The translations under genes were made by a program, and so were the position numbers. DNA of 64,000 bases from an uncultured virus (IMG/VR IMGVR_UViG_3300028048_003121). Taxonomy: Duplodnaviria; Heunggongvirae; Uroviricota; Caudoviricetes. This document shows, piece by piece, positions 58,777 to 64,000 of the stretch (positions within the stretch are counted from its first letter, which is position 1; each line of letters begins with the position of its first letter). The DNA is taken from the IMG/VR virus record IMGVR_UViG_3300028048_003121. One strand, given 5' to 3'. The notes under the pieces are model-generated. The model ran no database searches. It saw only the letters and a program-made list of their open reading frames with translations, and was not told the origin of the DNA.

Positions 58777-59172
58777 ATGAAACAACTTAATCAAGGTTTT
58801 AAAAACGCAATGACCTACGCAGCAGGGATGGAAAATTGGGTAAACAATTCTCTTCCTGGTGGTAAGCTGGAATACACCTTTGTCAGTGACTTCGCCAGAA
58901 TAGACTGGCTGATGGGTAAGCAGGGTGTATTAGACACCTATAAGCTTATCAAGAAAAGCTGGCTCGATAACTATAAGGCATGGACGGAGGTAGTAATAGC
59001 CGTCAATATGCTGGCTTGGGCGCATGATAATCTCAGAAAACAGGGCTATGCCGGACGTGAGCCTTTTATCGAACTCTACTCAGATCTCTATTATGAAGCT
59101 AAAGATGCTTTCTATGAGAAATATACGGGTGATGAAGAAAAATGCTACTACTTCTTCCAGATGACTGACTAA
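58777..59172 (+). CDS. Hypothetical protein
   Basis: 131 aa; followed by hairpin GGGAGG...CCTCCC. Confidence 0.7.
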   Translation: MKQLNQGFKNAMTYAAGMENWVNNSLPGGKLEYTFVSDFARIDWLMGKQGVLDTYKLIKKSWLDNYKAWTEVVIAVNMLAWAHDNLRKQGYAGREPFIELYSDLYYEAKDAFYEKYTGDEEKCYYFFQMTD

Positions 59173-59217
59173 AAGGAAACGGGAGGTCTAACCAGCCTCC
59201 CACTATATAATATAGGT

Positions 59218-59748
59218 ATGAATACAAAAGATATCTTTAAAGGCAAGAGGATTAACACCCCTTACGGTATCGGTATAATCGAGGTTATGCCGATGAACAG
59301 CGAGAGCGACACTCTGATGGTTGAACTGGATCGTCCGACGTTTGAATACTTCGGCCAGAAAGCTCATAAATTCGTGGTGGTGTCGTTCAAACAACTTAGC
59401 GAGGTTAAATACGCACCAGTTCCTGAGCGTTTGAAAGACAATCCATCTTTCAAGTACCAGGCTTATCACTTCATTCCTGCAGGACTGTTTTCTGACTTTG
59501 GTATCGAGGATGATTTCTTTGCTATCTCGAAATGTATCACCCGTGATAATATCCTCGCTATCTGGAATAAACATCAAGGGCCTGATGCTCGTTTTGACTG
59601 GGATGTCAACGACTTCTTTGCACAGGCAGGCGAACGAACCAATGACGTATTCTACTGTGTTGAAACTGCATGCTTCTATGTACCAGGCGAAAATGAGCTG
59701 TTTATGCTAAAGAATGAATGTACTAAAGACTGGAAAAACAATGAATAG
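59218..59748 (+). CDS. Hypothetical protein
   Basis: 176-aa ORF. Confidence 0.65.
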   Translation: MNTKDIFKGKRINTPYGIGIIEVMPMNSESDTLMVELDRPTFEYFGQKAHKFVVVSFKQLSEVKYAPVPERLKDNPSFKYQAYHFIPAGLFSDFGIEDDFFAISKCITRDNILAIWNKHQGPDARFDWDVNDFFAQAGERTNDVFYCVETACFYVPGENELFMLKNECTKDWKNNE

Positions 59749-60040
59749 GACAGTTATACAGACGGAAATGTTCCCGGAAACGAAAATCTATGGCAAATAT
59801 CACCTCGTTACCTACTGTGAGGATAATGGTGAGGATGATAAGGACTATGTCAATGACATGATAACTGCCTGTGCCAAAGCCAGGCAATATCTGAATGGTG
59901 ACTGCCTGACGGAACCTTACGAAAAGGTTTATCTCTTCAATGAAATAGAAAACACATTGATTAAGGTGTTCGATAAGGATCATAAAAACGGTAGACCACC
60001 CTATCAGTTTGAAATTGCAAATTTTAATGTTAAATCATAA
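59741..60040 (+). CDS. Hypothetical protein (likely start MNRTVIQ)
   Basis: Overlaps the upstream stop. Confidence 0.55.
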   Translation: MNRTVIQTEMFPETKIYGKYHLVTYCEDNGEDDKDYVNDMITACAKARQYLNGDCLTEPYEKVYLFNEIENTLIKVFDKDHKNGRPPYQFEIANFNVKS

Positions 60041-60041
60041 T

Positions 60042-60368
60042 ATGATGACGGTAAAAGTTACAAAGGAACAGTTAGCACACTGCCGCGAAGTGGCGGCAGC
60101 GGCTATCCGTTCTATAGCCGGAAAAGACGGTAAGGGTATGTTAAAGAAGTGGAATTGCTCCACTACATCCTATACCTTATATAATAATATGCCTACACTC
60201 ATGCTGAAGGTCAACGGTAAACAACACCAGGGATGGGTTTTTGTTTCTCTGGAAGAAGGCAAAAATGGCTATGTCGTTTCTCTACTGAATGAAGATCATA
60301 CTCTGAAACGGGCTGTTGTGGACGTTGAAAAAAAGGCTGTCAGACAAGTTCTGATGGATAACATATAG
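60042..60368 (+). CDS. Hypothetical protein
   Basis: LMLKVNGKQHQGWVFVSL motif. Confidence 0.6.
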   Translation: MMTVKVTKEQLAHCREVAAAAIRSIAGKDGKGMLKKWNCSTTSYTLYNNMPTLMLKVNGKQHQGWVFVSLEEGKNGYVVSLLNEDHTLKRAVVDVEKKAVRQVLMDNI

Positions 60369-60481
60369 CGTAAAACAGCCTATTTTGAAATTATTTTTGA
60401 AATAAATATTAAAATATTTGCGTATTTCAAGAAATATTTATAACTTTGCATACGAAAATACTAAAATAAGATATTTTACAC

Positions 60482-60823
60482 ATGGAGAATGTTATCACAT
60501 ATAAGAAGGTTGAACCCAATAAATCCTACGAGGTTTGGGTATCTAAACTCTTTGGTAATACTGGAGAATACCGCGTGAATGTGATTGAAGAGTGCGACTC
60601 TCATATTTCACAGACGGTCGATGTAAATCTCCGTTGGTACCGTGACAGACGATGGCTTGAAAATTATATCAAAAGCCTAAAAGAAAGGACACATATTAAA
60701 ATGATGGTCTTTGGAAATGGCGGTTGTATGAACGATGTTCATTATCCTCTGGAAAAATACAAGGAACTCTTCGGACAATGGAAGGGTATGGATTTTCTCA
60801 ACGACTTAAATATTGCAGCGTGA
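60482..60823 (+). CDS. Hypothetical protein
   Basis: 113 aa; preceded by a TTTG...TAACTTTG promoter (~60417-60448). Confidence 0.65.
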   Translation: MENVITYKKVEPNKSYEVWVSKLFGNTGEYRVNVIEECDSHISQTVDVNLRWYRDRRWLENYIKSLKERTHIKMMVFGNGGCMNDVHYPLEKYKELFGQWKGMDFLNDLNIAA

Positions 60824-61803
60824 TGGCAGACTTCGATCTCTATAATTACGATAAATATATCGTCAGCTTCTCAGGCGGTAAGGACAGTACGGCTTGTCTG
60901 CTGTTCCTCCTGGAGAATGGTGTTCCTAAAGAGAAGATAGAACTCTGGCACCAGGAGATAGACGGACGAGGCCGTAGCCTCTTTGATTGGGAAGTGACAC
61001 CAGACTACTGCCGTAAACTGGGAACTGCTTTTGGCATCCCTGTCTATTTCCAGTGGAAGGTGGGAGGCTTTGAGCGTGAAATGACACGCACAGAAAGCCT
61101 GACAGCGCCCGTCTGCTTTGAACTTCCTGACGGTTCAGTCCGACAAACAGGGGGTGATAAAGGCAAACCTTCCACAAGAAACAAATTCCCACAGCCGTCG
61201 CCGGATCTGCGAGTGCGCTGGTGTAGCGCCTACCTGAAAGTGGATGTATGTGCCACAGCTCTTCGACATCAAGAGAGATTTCAAAATATCCGCACACTGG
61301 TGTTGTCTGGAGAACGTGGCGAGGAAAGTAAACAACGTGCCGGTTATGCTATTATAGAGCCTGACAGGGCAGACTTACGTAATGGTCGAACGCCCAGACA
61401 TATTGACCGCTTCCGTCCTATCCGTGACTGGAAAGAACAGCAGATATGGGACTTGTTGGAGAAATACCGCGTTCGCCCTCATCCCTGCTACTTCATGGGT
61501 TTTGGACGCTGCTCGTGTAAATTCTGTGTATTCGGTAACTGCCATCAGTTTGCGTCAGCAGCTTGCTGCAGTCGTCGTCAGGCAGAGGATCTGATAAGCT
61601 TTGAGAAGAATTTCGGGTACACTATGAAACGTGATACCGACCTGGCATCATTGATCCGTAAGGGTGTTCCTTATGACACCATCACGGAGGAACTTCGTAG
61701 CCTCGCTACCTCTTATGAATACAGAATGCCAATTCTAATTGGCAAAAATGAAACATGGCAGCTTCCGGCAGGGGCGTTCCGTAAATGCGGTGGCCCGTCA
61801 TAA
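60823..61803 (+). CDS. PAPS-reductase family protein (phage/ICE type)
   Basis: VSFSGGKDS PP-loop; RWCSAYLK; GERGEESKQRA; HPCYFMGFGRCSCKFC; ATG overlaps the upstream TGA. Confidence 0.85.
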   Translation: MADFDLYNYDKYIVSFSGGKDSTACLLFLLENGVPKEKIELWHQEIDGRGRSLFDWEVTPDYCRKLGTAFGIPVYFQWKVGGFEREMTRTESLTAPVCFELPDGSVRQTGGDKGKPSTRNKFPQPSPDLRVRWCSAYLKVDVCATALRHQERFQNIRTLVLSGERGEESKQRAGYAIIEPDRADLRNGRTPRHIDRFRPIRDWKEQQIWDLLEKYRVRPHPCYFMGFGRCSCKFCVFGNCHQFASAACCSRRQAEDLISFEKNFGYTMKRDTDLASLIRKGVPYDTITEELRSLATSYEYRMPILIGKNETWQLPAGAFRKCGGPS

Positions 61804-61839
61804 TATATAATAAGGTACAAACATATAAAGTCACTGATT

Positions 61840-62580
61840 ATGAATAATAAGGTTGTCAAAACCAAGGCACAATGCCCAAAGACCTTTAATCGGGCTTTTG
61901 GTGTTCGCGAAATAGCACAGAAGATATGGGGTGAACTGAAAGTGTCAGACTCCTTTTCGTATCTCTATCGACGCTTTGGTGTTCCCTGTCTCGATACCAA
62001 TAGCGAATACAAAATATCATATGAATACACTTTCTGGTATAAAGGGCTTTATTTCATCCTCTGCGGTACAACTCCAGATTTTGTATATCTGGACTGCTAT
62101 TATCCGAAAAAATACTTCTGTCTACAACGTAACAGATACCGTAAGGATGTGCGAAACGTCTTTGAAAAGTCTTTGAAAGAGAATGTTCTGTGTTGGCCTT
62201 GGGCTTGTGGATTCTCACAGATATCTGATTCTTTGACGAAGAAACAGTTAAAATCCTATAACACTAAGTTTGATGAAGAGGCACGGGTATTCTTTAGTAA
62301 AGAAGATTATAACTGGCTCGATTCCAGACAACATGTTAAACTCGAAGGAGCAGAAGCTGAAAAGTGTATGAATCTGATGGACGGTTTTTATAAATACTTA
62401 CAGAATAAATTCAAGAAATGGGCTGGAAGCGATAAGGTCATCAAAACTTTGTTCTGGTCTGATTACAATTTGAGATACCTTCCGGAAGTGGAGAAAATCG
62501 TTAAGGCTTTCTGTAAGGAAATGCTTAAAACGGAAAATATTCGGGATTGTTCTATTAATATTCAGGGATGGCAGGAATGA
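61840..62580 (+). CDS. Hypothetical protein
   Basis: 246-aa AT-rich ORF. Confidence 0.65.
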   Translation: MNNKVVKTKAQCPKTFNRAFGVREIAQKIWGELKVSDSFSYLYRRFGVPCLDTNSEYKISYEYTFWYKGLYFILCGTTPDFVYLDCYYPKKYFCLQRNRYRKDVRNVFEKSLKENVLCWPWACGFSQISDSLTKKQLKSYNTKFDEEARVFFSKEDYNWLDSRQHVKLEGAEAEKCMNLMDGFYKYLQNKFKKWAGSDKVIKTLFWSDYNLRYLPEVEKIVKAFCKEMLKTENIRDCSINIQGWQE

Positions 62581-62632
62581 ATTTCTACACATCCGTGGGG
62601 AAAATTATAGTGATAACCAAAATATAAAAATT

Positions 62633-64000
62633 ATGAATAAAATTAAGCTGTTATACATCGACCTTTTCTGTGGTGCCGGTGGCACGTCAACAGGTGTTGA
62701 ACACGCCAAACTTTTCAATAAAAAATGTGCAAAGGTGGTGGCGTGTGTGAATCACGACGCTAACGCTATTGCGTCCCATCAGGCGAACCATCCCGACACG
62801 TTACATTTCACCGAGGACATCAGAACATTGGAACTTAGTCCGCTGGTGGCCCATCTTAAGAAGGTACGGAAGAAATACCCGGATGCTTACGTGGTATTGT
62901 GGGCCAGTCTGGAATGTACGAATTTCTCTAAAGCAAAGGGCGGTCAGCCGCGGGACGCGGATAGCCGTACCCTGGCTGAACACCTCTTCCGATATATCGA
63001 GGCTTTGCAGGTCGATTATATCCAGATTGAGAACGTCGAGGAGTTTATGAGTTGGGGGGATATGGATGAACACGGCCACCCAATCAGCAAAGACAAGGGC
63101 CGATGCTACCTGAAGTGGGTCAAGACCGTACAGCAATACGGCTATGACTACGACTACCGCATTCTCAATGCAGCAGATTTCGGAGCATACACCTCCCGTA
63201 AACGTTTCTTCGGGCAGTTTGCCAAATGTGGACTGCCTATCGTGTTCCCCGTTCAGAGCTATGCCAAGAACGGCGACGAAGGCGGCATGTTCCATCAGTA
63301 TAAGAAATGGAAACCTGTCCGTGAGGTGCTGGACTTGCAGGATGAAGGCAGCAGTATCTTCATGAAGAAAAAACCTCTCTGCGAAAAGACGCTGGAGCGT
63401 ATCTTTGCCGGCTTGGTTAAATTCGTTGCTGGTGGCAAGAAAAAGTATGAGGACTTTATCTTGAAATATAACAGCATGAACAAGAGCGGACACTATCGTC
63501 CTGTTCCTACTGACGAACCGTGTCCTGTGGTAGCCACACAAAACCGACTGGGCTATGTCAAGCTGAATTTCCTCAGCAAGCAGTTCAGTGGCGACCCTGC
63601 CAGCAAGAACCAGTCCGTTGACAAACCGGCAGGCACCATTACCTGTGTCGATCACCATGCCTTCGTCACGGCATACTTCGGTAATGGCTTTAACAGCTCT
63701 ATTGAAAGTCCGAGTCCTACTGTTACCACCAAGGAACGACATGCACTTGTAAGCGTTGACCTGAACGAGCCGATGCCGGATGTTCCCTTGGATAAGGTAA
63801 CCATTCAAACTAACCAGTTTCTCGCCAACGAATATAGCGGTGGCGGCCAGGTGGGGTCAATAGAAACGGTCAATCCTGCCGTTCTATGCAACCCGAAACA
63901 AAAACTGGTGTCGGCTGACCAGTACCTGATGAATCCTTATTCTTTCAAGAGTGACGGCGGTAGTATAGAGAATCCCTGCTTTACGCTGATAGCTCGCATG
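62633..64000 (+). CDS. dcm: DNA cytosine-5 methyltransferase, runs off the window
   Basis: Not in the ORF track. MNKIKLLYIDLFCGAGG; WASLECTNFSKAKG; IENVEEF; YTSRKRFF. Confidence 0.9.
   Translation, partial: MNKIKLLYIDLFCGAGGTSTGVEHAKLFNKKCAKVVACVNHDANAIASHQANHPDTLHFTEDIRTLELSPLVAHLKKVRKKYPDAYVVLWASLECTNFSKAKGGQPRDADSRTLAEHLFRYIEALQVDYIQIENVEEFMSWGDMDEHGHPISKDKGRCYLKWVKTVQQYGYDYDYRILNAADFGAYTSRKRFFGQFAKCGLPIVFPVQSYAKNGDEGGMFHQYKKWKPVREVLDLQDEGSSIFMKKKPLCEKTLERIFAGLVKFVAGGKKKYEDFILKYNSMNKSGHYRPVPTDEPCPVVATQNRLGYVKLNFLSKQFSGDPASKNQSVDKPAGTITCVDHHAFVTAYFGNGFNSSIESPSPTVTTKERHALVSVDLNEPMPDVPLDKVTIQTNQFLANEYSGGGQVGSIETVNPAVLCNPKQKLVSADQYLMNPYSFKSDGGSIENPCFTLIARM

Noticed and set aside
62801..63808. 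335-aa minus-strand ORF
   Set aside because: Antisense shadow of the C5 methyltransferase

Overview
This 64 kb window is entirely part of a Bacteroidetes (Prevotella-like) integrative conjugative element or phage-like episome. From left to right it contains: a giant N6-methylase/SNF2-helicase gene running off the left edge; a minus-strand Bacteroides-type tra operon (traE/F/G/J/K/M/N/O, three DUF4134 paralogues, an M23 peptidase); a plus-strand dnaN operon behind a large hairpin; a ~23 kb minus-strand phage-like replication/accessory operon (primase, two DUF4373 initiators with iterons, RecD2, Dam-like MTase, radical SAM); a divergent HTH switch; a tyrosine integrase with an attP-like region; and a second hairpin-preceded operon with a PAPS-reductase-like gene and a C5 MTase. 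The main discovery is a 428-aa Cas12f/TnpB-family protein with an apparently dead RuvC (47338-48624) and no cas1/cas2 or sigma factor nearby. It is accompanied by four dispersed guide loci (~6.55 kb, ~31.55 kb, ~47.3 kb, ~48.8 kb). All four share a covarying tracr-like scaffold, three carry 36-nt repeats, and spacers are 29-30 nt. One spacer matches 30/30 a pilin-like gene in the element's own tra operon, suggesting RNA-guided control of conjugation. All family assignments come from motif recognition by eye, not database searches.
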